Source of the DNA: an uncultured Sangeribacter sp.
Lineage (GTDB): Bacteria; Bacteroidota; Bacteroidia; Bacteroidales; Muribaculaceae
DNA length: 35,997 nt
Reading direction: 5' to 3'
Assembly (NCBI GenBank): GCA_964488855.1
Contig: CAZAWP010000001.1
Location: 1-35,997 of the forward strand
Shown: positions 1 to 9,214 of the stretch, piece after piece
Position numbering within the stretch: the first letter of the stretch is position 1
Layout of the letters: each line of letters opens with the position of its first letter
The notes under the pieces: generated by a model
What the model saw: only the letters and a program-made list of their open reading frames with translations
Told to the model about the DNA's origin: nothing
The model's database searches: none
Program-made: the position numbers and the translations under genes

Positions 1-2
1 TT

Positions 3-104
3 GAGCAAAAGGAGCTCCGCATCCTCAACAACGAGCAGTCGAGCTTCACCGCAGCACAGGACGTCCTCGACGCCTACTATGCTTCGCTGCGCGGGGAGAA
101 ATGA
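3..104 (+). CDS. meaB: 3' end of host gene, probably methylmalonyl-CoA mutase-associated GTPase MeaB (partial)
   Basis: Frame 3 reads EQKELRILNNEQSSFTAAQDVLDAYYASLRGEK* (TGA 102-104), resembling the MeaB/ArgK C-terminal helix; only 33 aa visible. Confidence 0.5.
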   Translation, partial: EQKELRILNNEQSSFTAAQDVLDAYYASLRGEK

Positions 105-151
105 GGATTTTGTAAATTTTTGTTAAATTTCCAATAAAAATCGGCTTCAGA

Positions 152-183
152 TTTGGCAGTTTGAGAAATTCTCACTACTTTTG
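152..183 (+). promoter_or_regulatory. Bacteroidetes sigma-A promoter of the tRNA gene
   Basis: TTTG (152-155) - 20 nt - TACTTTTG (176-183) matches the -33/-7 consensus. Confidence 0.75.
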
Positions 184-243
184 CATCGCATTTCCGGCAA
201 GCGGCAGCCGTAAAGCTGTAAGTCTTGCACGGGATAATGTAAA

Positions 244-331
244 GGAGAGGTGGCAGAGTGGTCGATCGCGGCGGTCTTGAAAACCGTTGAGGGTAACACC
301 TCCGGGGGTTCGAATCCCTCCCTCTCCGCCA
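244..331 (+). tRNA. tRNA-Ser(TGA)
   Basis: GGAGAGG/CCTCTCC acceptor stem, anticodon arm GCGGT-CT-TGA-AA-ACCGT, long variable arm, GGTTCGAATCC T-arm, encoded CCA. Confidence 0.97.
313..331 (+). repeat. attL (tRNA 3' end)
   Basis: AATCCCTCCCTCTCCGCCA matches 34636-34654 AATCCCTGTCTCTCCGCCA at 17/19; the last 10 bp are identical. Confidence 0.9.
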
Positions 332-332
332 G

Positions 333-356
333 AAAGCCCTGAATTTCAGGGCTTTT
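333..356 (+). terminator. Phage-supplied terminator hairpin after the tRNA
   Basis: AAAGCCCTGA-ATT-TCAGGGCTTT followed by T; a second hairpin GAGGGAGGGAT...ATCCCTCCCTT lies at ~366-400. Confidence 0.7.
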
Positions 357-471
357 GCTATTTTAGAGGGAGGGATCGGCCCAAGCCAATCCCTCCCTTT
401 CCGCAAAATCTCGCCTAACTAATTGATTATCAATTATTTAGGCGGTTATTTTTTAAAGACAGTCGTAAACC

Positions 472-499
472 GGGACGTTTTTGGGACGTTTTTGGGACG
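472..499. repeat. 11-bp tandem repeat, probable integrase arm or excisionase binding sites
   Basis: GGGACGTTTTT x2 plus GGGACG, ~140 bp inside attL. Confidence 0.5.
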
Positions 500-589
500 C
501 AGACTTGCAAAAATAACCTCCTGAAAGGGGCGCTTCTGAGATCATATCATTTATGTTTAATTGTAATCCATGATGAATAAATTTCAATC

Positions 590-1858
590 ATGGATAAAAA
601 AAATTTGTCCAGCCTCAAAGCGTGTTTCACTGTATTAGGGTATACGATACCCGTTGTGCATCAGGGCAATAACCCGTACATTGATTTTTATTACCTGAGT
701 CGAATCACCCGAACCAAGAAACGCAAAAAAATTATGCTGCCGGGTATCCTTAACAGGCTCAAAAAATCGGGAAGAAAGCGAGACGCAACGCGGATGATAA
801 ATCAGTTCATTTCTGATCTGACCGCTAAACTTGAGGCCGGATGGCGTCCCGATGAAGATTACACCACTTTGCCGGTAAAATCCGGCGTTGAAATTACATC
901 AACAAAAATTGACGAATCTGTTACTGTTTCTTTGAGTGATATGCAACCCGCGGAACCGGCACAGCCGGCAAACCGCCAAAAACTTGCAGACCTGTTCGAC
1001 CGCTTCATTTTATCTTGCGGCAAGAAATTACGGCCAAAGTCCCTGAAGTGTTATGAGAGCGGTGTGAACGTCTTGCGCCGGTATAACGACGAGCTCGACG
1101 AACCGATCGTCTATGTCGATCAATTCACCCGGGAATATATTGCAACGTTCCTTGAGCATATATACCTTGACCGCAACAGTAATGCCAGGACCCGAAACAA
1201 TTATCTCGGAATCTGCTCCGCATTCGGCACCTACCTCGAAGAGAAGGGACTGGTCGAGGTTAATCCGACTTTAAAGATCTCAAAACTTGTACCCCCTCCC
1301 AAACGCCGGCAACCACTCACCGAAGAGATGCTCAAGGAGCTGCACGATTTTCTATCAGAGCATGACCCCTACTTCCTGCTTGCCTGTCAGATGCAATATT
1401 ACACCTTGATCAGACCCAACGAGCTTGCACATATTCGCCTTAGCGACATCTCTCTCAAGGATCAGACGGTGACTGTTACCGCCGAGGTGTCCAAAAACAA
1501 GCGCGGTGCCAAGGTCGGATTATCCGCCGAGGTAATCCACCTCATGCTGGATCTGGGAGTCCTTGACAATCCCCCGGGATGTTACCTCTTCAGCAAGGAC
1601 TTCCGCCCCGGTGTGGACTTGCAAAGTCCCGACATCTTTAACAAACGCTGGTGCAAGTGGCGCGCCCGCCTGAAGTGGTCGCCGGATTATAAATTCTACA
1701 GCCTGAAAGATTCCGGAATCCGCGACCTTGCCAACTCCGAGGGCATAGTGATCGCCCGAGACCAGGCCCGACATACCGATATTGCCACTACCAACAAGTA
1801 TTTAGGTCAGATCTCGGGTGCACACGAAGAGACCAAGAAATTTAAAGGGTTTCTATGA
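590..1858 (+). CDS. int: Tyrosine recombinase / phage integrase
   Basis: SAM-like core-binding region (NARTRNNYL), IRPNEL, SKNK, FYSLKDSG, QARH...TTNKY; adjacent to attL. Confidence 0.93.
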   Translation: MDKKNLSSLKACFTVLGYTIPVVHQGNNPYIDFYYLSRITRTKKRKKIMLPGILNRLKKSGRKRDATRMINQFISDLTAKLEAGWRPDEDYTTLPVKSGVEITSTKIDESVTVSLSDMQPAEPAQPANRQKLADLFDRFILSCGKKLRPKSLKCYESGVNVLRRYNDELDEPIVYVDQFTREYIATFLEHIYLDRNSNARTRNNYLGICSAFGTYLEEKGLVEVNPTLKISKLVPPPKRRQPLTEEMLKELHDFLSEHDPYFLLACQMQYYTLIRPNELAHIRLSDISLKDQTVTVTAEVSKNKRGAKVGLSAEVIHLMLDLGVLDNPPGCYLFSKDFRPGVDLQSPDIFNKRWCKWRARLKWSPDYKFYSLKDSGIRDLANSEGIVIARDQARHTDIATTNKYLGQISGAHEETKKFKGFL

Positions 1859-3689
1859 CCCGATAAAATTCGCCCGAGATGGTGCGGTTCCTTTCGGTGC
1901 CTCCGAGCTGAGTGCTGATCTTGGAGCATACATAAAGGGCGCCGTCGATGAGATAGAGGCGGCGGGGATCCGGTACCATGGTCAGCGTGTCCGGCAGCCA
2001 CGAGAATTTATATTTTAACCTGTTGTCGATAGCCACCCCCGACCTTAACGGGGTGGCTTTATTGTATGCGTTGAGGCGTAGGGAGTGGTCACATCGGCGG
2101 ACGGTACCGTCGGCATCAAAGAAGTACTCCGAGACAGCCGGCACACTGTCGGCGGCGTTGTCTGCCACCTGTTCCGGACTGAATAACCCGACATATATCG
2201 TCGAGTAGTATGCTGGGGTCTTGTCACTATACTCACTCTTCTGGATGGCGAGTGCTATCGGGGTCTGCTCCTCGACATCGAGATCAACATCGGCGGCGGT
2301 GTTGTCATCAGAGGGCACGGTTCCGGACATCTCGTTATATGATCCGAAAGAGAGCACCGGGAAAGACTTCGGCAGATACCGGGTCTGACTGTCGAATTTA
2401 TGGACGGCAAACGGTACCGGCACGATATTGATTTCTATATCCGGACAGCCGTTGTCCTCCTCATGAGCGGCACCGTAGGCATATCGAGGTCCGAAAGGGT
2501 TCACCTCTACCGGTGAATATACATAGACCTTATTTTTTTGAGACACCACATCCTGAATCCGGAAGGTGTAATAAGTATCGAGGTCGCGGATGTAGAAAAT
2601 CTTATAAACCGACATCTGTGTGTTGTATGGATCCCGGTGGTCGCTTATCCACTTCGATAGATAGACCTGTCGGGCGTATTCGACAAGTCTGTCTATCGAG
2701 GGGAGCTCCATTATATCGCGGTCAAAACGTTTGAGCGCCCAGGGGCAATTATAAAATGCCGTGGTGTCAGAACCCTCGATATTATAGCCGAGGTTGGAGG
2801 AGTCTATAAAATCGACCGAGGACTCCCCGTCTTCGTCTATATTGGTCTCCGCGGTGTAATCCTCGATAACATTCGATAGACGTACCGCCTCGGAGACCTG
2901 CGGCATGGTCTCGATGGTGGCGGTTCCGGCACGGACATCGAGGTTAAACTGCATCCCGGTCAATAGTTCGAGCTGATAGAAAAACTCATTTACCGACCAG
3001 TCCGGGAGACAGCGGGCGATGCTTTTAAGGTTCCACCCATACGGGAGGGTATTGCAACACAGCAGCCACCGCCACTTGTCGTCTGCCTCCCATGCCCTGA
3101 AGTCGGGTTCCATACCCACAGCCCTGCATATCCTCTCAGCCAAAGGGAGCATATAGATCATATACGAGAAACCGGGGAGATTCTGGCGGTCTGTCAGGTC
3201 GTTCTGAAGGTTGGCAGACTCGGCGTTTATCCATGGTAACGCCACAAAGGGTTTGTCGCCGGGATTGTCACCGGGTTCTATCACCTCCGAGGCATCGCAA
3301 TTAGCCGGCGACGCGTTTACCGGATATGTCCCGAGGTTAAGCTCGTTGATCTTGGTCTCGTTGAGGATGTCGGTGCGATACTGCTCGGATCTGCCGGAGA
3401 GGAACTGTACCTTTACCGACTGGCGGGACACCGCGGCGATGGTCAGGATTCCGGAGAGGTAGATGGCACCGTCTGAAATCTCACAGTTAAACACCCGGTC
3501 ACTTAGCTCGATACCGGGGAGAAATATCGGGCCGAAGATCCGGAGATTTTCGGGGCAACCCTTAAGGGGTAACTCTATCTCGAACGAGTACCCGCCCCCG
3601 CTGTCGGTAAAAAGAGGGTTCTCGAAATTCATATCTATGCGGGTAGACTCGGGCAATACCGCCGGAGTCCCGTTAATGGTCATGATCAT
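1842..3689 (-). CDS. Minor tail / baseplate protein
   Basis: 615 aa, overlaps the tape-measure stop (ATGA); N-terminus FENPLF...GYSFEIELP is typical of Bacteroidetes phage tail proteins. Confidence 0.65.
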   Translation of the reverse strand: MIMTINGTPAVLPESTRIDMNFENPLFTDSGGGYSFEIELPLKGCPENLRIFGPIFLPGIELSDRVFNCEISDGAIYLSGILTIAAVSRQSVKVQFLSGRSEQYRTDILNETKINELNLGTYPVNASPANCDASEVIEPGDNPGDKPFVALPWINAESANLQNDLTDRQNLPGFSYMIYMLPLAERICRAVGMEPDFRAWEADDKWRWLLCCNTLPYGWNLKSIARCLPDWSVNEFFYQLELLTGMQFNLDVRAGTATIETMPQVSEAVRLSNVIEDYTAETNIDEDGESSVDFIDSSNLGYNIEGSDTTAFYNCPWALKRFDRDIMELPSIDRLVEYARQVYLSKWISDHRDPYNTQMSVYKIFYIRDLDTYYTFRIQDVVSQKNKVYVYSPVEVNPFGPRYAYGAAHEEDNGCPDIEINIVPVPFAVHKFDSQTRYLPKSFPVLSFGSYNEMSGTVPSDDNTAADVDLDVEEQTPIALAIQKSEYSDKTPAYYSTIYVGLFSPEQVADNAADSVPAVSEYFFDADGTVRRCDHSLRLNAYNKATPLRSGVAIDNRLKYKFSWLPDTLTMVPDPRRLYLIDGALYVCSKISTQLGGTERNRTISGEFYRVIETL

Positions 3690-6600
3690 CTTTTCTGACG
3701 GTTTTTGTTACTGATTAATCGGGAGTATCTGTCAAAGGCCTGTTTCATCCCCGTAGGACCGGTTACATCATTGACGGTCACAAAGGGTTCGTCGAGGCGT
3801 TCCGACAGTCTGGACATAACGGATTCAAGGCGGTTGAACACATCAGAGCCACCATCGGGCGCGGTCATTACCGGATAATTGTCCGTTTCGGGGGTATTTC
3901 TTCCGGAAGAACCGGTGTAAGGAGCATTGAGGCGCGCCGACACATCACCCCGCGTAATAGCCGGGAGGGTGTTTGTGCGTTGTGCATATTCGAGGATGTC
4001 GATAAGGGGCCGCGTCGCCGGATTATTGACGAGCTTCTGCGATGCCACCCATTCGCCGGCATGGACGATGCCTGCGGGTTCGTTGACCCTACCTTTGCGA
4101 GTAAAACCACCGACAGCGTAACCGGTGACCTCGGCGGCCTGCTGCTGTTTCTTGATGGTGGCTATCTGGATGGCGCCGGCAGCCACGGCGGCAGCTGCTG
4201 CAATCGGTGCAAGTATCAGACCGGCGAGACCACCGACAGACAGAGCCGCCGAGTATGCCTGTACGGCACTCTGAGCGGTCGTGGCAATGGCGAGAGCCGT
4301 CTGAAGGGCGAACTGCTTACGGCTCTGCTCCGCCTTGATTTTGGCGATCTCCTTCTCACGCTGCTTCTCGATACGTTTGAGTTCGACGGAGTTGCCCTCG
4401 GCAAGTTCCGACTGCTTCTTATACCGTTTCTCAAGACGGGCGATCTCTAACTCATTACAGGCCTCGGCATACTGAGAGAAACTCTGCATGGCTGACTGCA
4501 TCACTGCCACGGCAGCTGTCAGGGCATTTGCGACAGCGCCGGCGACCCCCTCCCCTCCTTCCTTTATTTTTTTGAAGACATCGACAAAGGAGGTATAGAG
4601 CGCCACGATCTGATCATTCCCCTTGGACGCATCCGGATTGAGGGCATCCTGATAATATTTTTTAATCCGCGCCGCCATCTCCTTATGCTTCTTCTCGTCG
4701 ATGACACCACCGGCAAGAAGGGAGTCGTTAAAATCGAGGTCACGTTTCATGTCCCGGCGAACCTTGTCGCGGTCCTTTTTGTCCTTGGCAGCGTCGGGCA
4801 GGTACGACTCTATGAGTTTGGCGCGTGCCGTGGCTCCTTGTGCATCGGTTAGACCATGTTCACCGCCGATCATCGCCATAAGTGTCTCAAGATCCTTGTT
4901 AAGTTGCGCGATGGTAGCCGAGGGGTCATCGACAGCGCCGGCACCGGATGGCAGCAGTGATTTTATAAGATCCTTTACAGCCTGGTTGCGAACCTCCTCG
5001 ACCTTCTCCTTGTCCAGACCCATAGCCTCGGCACTGTCAAAGGTGTCGAGGAGCTTCTTTAATTCGTCGTTGAAGTCAGGGGTACTGTATTTTTTCATTA
5101 TCGAGGTTGCCGAGTCGTAAATCTTCTTTGCCTGTTCGACATCAAAATCACCCTTGATCTTCTGAAGCTCGACTTGCAATTTATGATACTCCTCGGTACC
5201 CTCCCTGCCAAGTTTCTTGAGCAATGCCATCTTGTCGGCTATCGCCTGAAGTTTGACCTCGTGCTCCTTTGAGGCAAGTTCATCGACAGCGCCGGAGGAG
5301 TAGATATCCTTTTTGAGGTCCCGGATCTTCTCCTCAGCTTCTCGGTCAATCTTATCGGCACCGAGCTTGTAGGCGGTATCATCCTTTTTTATGAGGAGTT
5401 CCTCGACCTTTTTCGTGGACTCCTGAAATTGAGTGCTATCTTTTTCACCGACTGACTTGAGATATTCGGCACGGTCCTTATGGTAGTCGATCTCGGTCTG
5501 AAGTTTCTGCTCGTTATACTTCTCCCAGTCTAACAGACCCTCCCGGTGCTGTCGGAGGTTCTCAGCCTGTTCGGCAGTATAGGCAGCCTTCATGGCAGCG
5601 AGCCGCGCCTTTACGGCCTTACTCAACTCCTTTTCAGACGGAGAGGGGGTATATCCACCACCCCCGAGATCATCCACCGTACTGTCCGGATCTGTAGCCG
5701 GAGCATTGTCGATTATGTATTGAGCATTTGTGGCGGCAAGACCCTCCTGACGCTTCTTTAGTTCATCTATACGCGGTTTATATTTACTTTCTATTATATC
5801 CAGATTTCGTTGAGCCCACAGATATGATGGATCATTTTCACGAGGTATTCCCATTTGTTCGCCTCTTGTCATTGCTTCCCATTTTGCCCCGATCCAATAC
5901 TCAGCTTCTTTTTCGTACTCAGCCTGAAGATCCTGTATCTCCTTCTCAAGGTCGGCGATCATCTGTTTGCGACCCTCGGCGCGGGCTGCATCGAGGATAC
6001 TGTCACGGAGGCGGTTGTAGGCGTCGGCAGCTTTGCCGGCAAGGATCTCCTCCTTGCTAAGGTTTTTGAATACCTGAGGATATTTAGCCTGTAGACGGTC
6101 TACCGCCTTGATGCGTTCATCCTGAGCTAATGTCTGGTCCTGCGTCTTCTTATAGAGCTGGTCTAACATCGAGAGTTCCTCGGCACAATTGGCGCGCGCC
6201 TGAGCTTCGAGACGGTTAAGGGCCTGCCTCTGTTCCTCGGCTGCCTTACGCGCCTCCTTCATCCGGTTTGCCATCACGTATATCGCGGAGGCGACGGCGA
6301 GGATCAGACCCGCCCAGTGAGTGAACTTCATAGCCTGCATCGACTTGCGCCAGCGCTCCTGCATGGTATAATTGACCTGCAAACCGTTGGTGAAGTAATT
6401 GACGGCCTGGGTGAGCGGCAGTATCAGCAGTCTTAACACCGGCAAAATACCTTTACCCACCCCGAGGGCACTGTTCCACAGGATAGTGGCATTTTTTGCA
6501 ACTGTCAGCCGGATAGTGTGGAGATTGAGGGCCGCGGTAAAGAGTCCGACGGCCGCGGTGACGGCTATTATCTCCTTGCGGTACTTGATGATGAAGTCCA

Positions 6601-8068
6601 CCACGGTCACAAGAGCGCTGTATGCGGTTACGGTGCCACGGGTCATCGCCTCGACGGCGGAGAGAAGTTTTTTACCGAGTTCGACGGTGAGCTCGTGCAT
6701 GGTGTTTTTGGTCTTGTCGAGTCGGGCCTGGACGGTATTATTCTGCACGGCAGCCTCCTTGTCAATGGATACAGCCTCGGCAAAGGCGACATTTGCCGCC
6801 TCCTGCTGCTGTCTGACCTCGTCTATATGGTTGGCAAGGGTCGCTAACGTCTTGACCGAATTTGAACCCTTTTCTCCCATATCCTTAAACATCGGGGAGA
6901 GCACATCCATCTTGCCCGCCTTGTTGAGGGTCGCCAGAAACTCGATGAGGGCACCGTTCATGTCGGTCTTGACCTGTTCGGCAAACTTCTTTGCATCCAG
7001 CCCGGCAACACGGGCATATTTCGCCGGATCCTGATAAAGTCTTACTATCACTTGCGACAGTGCGGTCGATGATGCCTCTACGTTCTGATTATTGCTGTCG
7101 AGGACGGCACCGAATGCCATGATCTGCGGGATCGTCATGTTTGCCTGAGCACCGACACCACCCAGCCGGGAGGTGAACTCGGTGAGATACGGGGCGGAGG
7201 CCTTACAGTTCTGCGACAGTTCATTTACCACCGAACCGACAGAGAGGAGCGCCTTTTCGGTTCCGAGACGGGATTCGTCGCCGAAGATTCCGGCGAGCTT
7301 CGAGAGTGTGAGGGTGGCACCCTCGCCGAGGTCGTCGAGGGCGACATTTACCTTGTCGGCAGCTCGTACGTAGCCGAGGATCTCACCCTCGGTGGTCATG
7401 CCGAGTCTGCCGGCCTCCTGAGCGTATTTGTTCAACTCTTCCCGGGAGTGGCGGGTGTCGATCTTCTTAAATTCCTCGTTGAGGCGCTCCACCTGTTCGG
7501 TGGCCATGCCGGTGTACTTGGAGACGTTAGCCTCCTCCTGCTGCATGGCGGCATAGACATCGACGGCGCGGCGTGCCTGTGTCACCCAGATGGTGACGGC
7601 TGCCACGGCTGCCATGATGCCGCCCCAGCATTTATTCCATATCTGTGTCAGTGAACCGGTACCCTGTTGCTGGTGACGTATCGAGGCGTTTACACGGTCG
7701 ATCTCCTGCTGTACGCGGCGGATACGGGCGGTGTGTTCGTCCCATGCCTTGGTGCCGCGCTGTATGCCGTTGAGCTGGTTCTTGAGTGTCCGGAGAGCCT
7801 TGTTGAGCTCGCGGGGCGAGGCTGTATCGAGATGCCGGAGGGTGTTTTCGAGGGTCACGGTCTGCGAGCGCATGTTGCTGATGGTGGAGCGGACGGACTG
7901 GAGCTCGTTGTTTAGCCGGCGAACAGCCTTCGGGTCGCCCGCCTGTTGAGCGGCATGCAACTGCTGCTCGAGACGCTTTGCCTCTCCTTCGAGCTGCTGA
8001 AGTATCTTTGAGGCCTGACGACCGTTGATCTGTAGGTTGGTCGTGGCGGTGGTGGTGTAGTTTGCCAT
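3686..8068 (-). CDS. Tail tape measure protein
   Basis: ~1460 aa, coiled-coil and Ala-rich with TP901-like core and C-terminal YAVGGFT...AGIVHAGEWV motif; probable start MANYTTT (ATG 8068, A-rich leader) rather than 8107. Confidence 0.9.
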   Translation of the reverse strand: MANYTTTATTNLQINGRQASKILQQLEGEAKRLEQQLHAAQQAGDPKAVRRLNNELQSVRSTISNMRSQTVTLENTLRHLDTASPRELNKALRTLKNQLNGIQRGTKAWDEHTARIRRVQQEIDRVNASIRHQQQGTGSLTQIWNKCWGGIMAAVAAVTIWVTQARRAVDVYAAMQQEEANVSKYTGMATEQVERLNEEFKKIDTRHSREELNKYAQEAGRLGMTTEGEILGYVRAADKVNVALDDLGEGATLTLSKLAGIFGDESRLGTEKALLSVGSVVNELSQNCKASAPYLTEFTSRLGGVGAQANMTIPQIMAFGAVLDSNNQNVEASSTALSQVIVRLYQDPAKYARVAGLDAKKFAEQVKTDMNGALIEFLATLNKAGKMDVLSPMFKDMGEKGSNSVKTLATLANHIDEVRQQQEAANVAFAEAVSIDKEAAVQNNTVQARLDKTKNTMHELTVELGKKLLSAVEAMTRGTVTAYSALVTVVDFIIKYRKEIIAVTAAVGLFTAALNLHTIRLTVAKNATILWNSALGVGKGILPVLRLLILPLTQAVNYFTNGLQVNYTMQERWRKSMQAMKFTHWAGLILAVASAIYVMANRMKEARKAAEEQRQALNRLEAQARANCAEELSMLDQLYKKTQDQTLAQDERIKAVDRLQAKYPQVFKNLSKEEILAGKAADAYNRLRDSILDAARAEGRKQMIADLEKEIQDLQAEYEKEAEYWIGAKWEAMTRGEQMGIPRENDPSYLWAQRNLDIIESKYKPRIDELKKRQEGLAATNAQYIIDNAPATDPDSTVDDLGGGGYTPSPSEKELSKAVKARLAAMKAAYTAEQAENLRQHREGLLDWEKYNEQKLQTEIDYHKDRAEYLKSVGEKDSTQFQESTKKVEELLIKKDDTAYKLGADKIDREAEEKIRDLKKDIYSSGAVDELASKEHEVKLQAIADKMALLKKLGREGTEEYHKLQVELQKIKGDFDVEQAKKIYDSATSIMKKYSTPDFNDELKKLLDTFDSAEAMGLDKEKVEEVRNQAVKDLIKSLLPSGAGAVDDPSATIAQLNKDLETLMAMIGGEHGLTDAQGATARAKLIESYLPDAAKDKKDRDKVRRDMKRDLDFNDSLLAGGVIDEKKHKEMAARIKKYYQDALNPDASKGNDQIVALYTSFVDVFKKIKEGGEGVAGAVANALTAAVAVMQSAMQSFSQYAEACNELEIARLEKRYKKQSELAEGNSVELKRIEKQREKEIAKIKAEQSRKQFALQTALAIATTAQSAVQAYSAALSVGGLAGLILAPIAAAAAVAAGAIQIATIKKQQQAAEVTGYAVGGFTRKGRVNEPAGIVHAGEWVASQKLVNNPATRPLIDILEYAQRTNTLPAITRGDVSARLNAPYTGSSGRNTPETDNYPVMTAPDGGSDVFNRLESVMSRLSERLDEPFVTVNDVTGPTGMKQAFDRYSRLISNKNRQKR

Positions 8069-8147
8069 ATAAATAATTTGTGAGCTGCGGGCCTCACAGA
8101 CCCGCATGAGGAAAGATTACACCGCAAATAAAACACCCGCCGCCGCA

Positions 8148-8185
8148 AATAAAAAAGACGTCCGACCCTCACGAGCCGGACATCC
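8148..8185 (-). terminator. Intrinsic terminator, copy 1 of a perfect 38-bp direct repeat
   Basis: Minus strand GGATGTCCGGCTC-GTGA-GGGTCGGACGTC-TTTTTT; identical to 8735-8772. Confidence 0.8.
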
Positions 8186-8238
8186 CAAATCAAATCTTTG
8201 ATATGAAATATAAATGCTTCAGCAAAACACAGGAGGCC

Positions 8239-8649
8239 TCAGCATAGATCTACAGCAGCCAAGTCGGCTGCGAGCGTTTTAAGACCTTTGCGGATCTTGT
8301 CGACGGTCTTCTCGGAGGGGTGACGGTAACCGGTGGCGTATTGCGACAGCTGTGCCGCCGAGACCCCGGTGAGATTGGCGAGACCCTTGAAGGTCAGCAG
8401 ATGACCGTAATACGACAGGAACGACGGCACATCGTAGGCGAACTTAAAAGAAGCCTCGGTAAACGGAATACCCTGCTTGGCAAAATCCTCTCTAAAGGCC
8501 TCATAAACTCTATACCATTCATCTATAGCCTCCTTGGCAGTTCTACCCTCTCCCATCGGACTATAATTAAGATCATTCTCTTCAGGACAAAGAGAATAAG
8601 ATCCATCCGCCTCTTTATAAACATATACTTTTATTTCTTTCATGGACAT
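8239..8649 (-). CDS. hicB: HicB-like antitoxin with C-terminal XRE HTH (no hicA present)
   Basis: N-terminal ...DGSYS...GEGRTAKEAI... HicB-like fold; C-terminal GLANLTGVSAAQLSQYATG HTH; upstream inverted repeat TGCTATTT-N4-AAATAGCA (~8675-8694). Confidence 0.75.
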   Translation of the reverse strand: MSMKEIKVYVYKEADGSYSLCPEENDLNYSPMGEGRTAKEAIDEWYRVYEAFREDFAKQGIPFTEASFKFAYDVPSFLSYYGHLLTFKGLANLTGVSAAQLSQYATGYRHPSEKTVDKIRKGLKTLAADLAAVDLC

Positions 8650-8734
8650 GCTGTTAAAACAATCTCTAAAATAATGCTATTTTTTGAAATAGCAAAATAA
8701 ATTGAGAAAATAATTAATATTTTTTTGGTGTTGG

Positions 8735-8772
8735 AATAAAAAAGACGTCCGACCCTCACGAGCCGGACATCC
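8735..8772 (-). terminator. Intrinsic terminator, copy 2 of the 38-bp direct repeat
   Basis: Same hairpin and U-tract as 8148-8185; ends the 10203-8806 operon. Confidence 0.8.
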
Positions 8773-8805
8773 AGAAAATTTCAATCATGAATGTAAAAAT
8801 GTCGC

Positions 8806-9204
8806 TTATGGTTCCGGAGCGGTGTCCGGGTCATCGCCGGTGTCCTCGGAATCCTCGCAGGGGTCGAAGTCTTCGTCCTCGTCCTCATCAGCGCCGTCGT
8901 GCCGTTTGAGGGGGGCATTACATGCCGCATCCGCAGAAATCTGAAAGCGGATTGCCTCCTCGCCAACCTGCTGGAGATGTTTGCCAAAGGCGATGAGTGC
9001 CTGAGGGTCATTGGGTAGTTCGAAGCACGTAAGTCCGTATCGGGGATTATCGCCGATGCAGAGGGCAAATTCGTCAGGACCGCCGGGAGTCTCCAAATAC
9101 TCCACTTGAATGGTGGTATTGTTGATGGACATAACAGAGACGCGGACAGGATAATCAGTGTCCTGGAAAGATATTATCTTGTTAGAAGATTCTGAAATAA
9201 GCAT
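8806..9204 (-). CDS. Hypothetical protein with very acidic C-terminal tail
   Basis: 132 aa, A-rich start, tail DGADEDEDEDFDPCEDSEDTGDDPD. Confidence 0.75.
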   Translation of the reverse strand: MLISESSNKIISFQDTDYPVRVSVMSINNTTIQVEYLETPGGPDEFALCIGDNPRYGLTCFELPNDPQALIAFGKHLQQVGEEAIRFQISADAACNAPLKRHDGADEDEDEDFDPCEDSEDTGDDPDTAPEP

Positions 9205-9214
9205 AATATTATTT

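Noticed and set aside
77-406. 109-aa minus-strand ORF
   Set aside because: Shadow of the tRNA-Ser gene ([10 protein letters not shown] is the classic antisense-tRNA translation).
8148-8772. CRISPR array from the 38-bp repeat
   Set aside because: Only two copies 587 bp apart enclosing a gene; each is a terminator hairpin; no cas genes.
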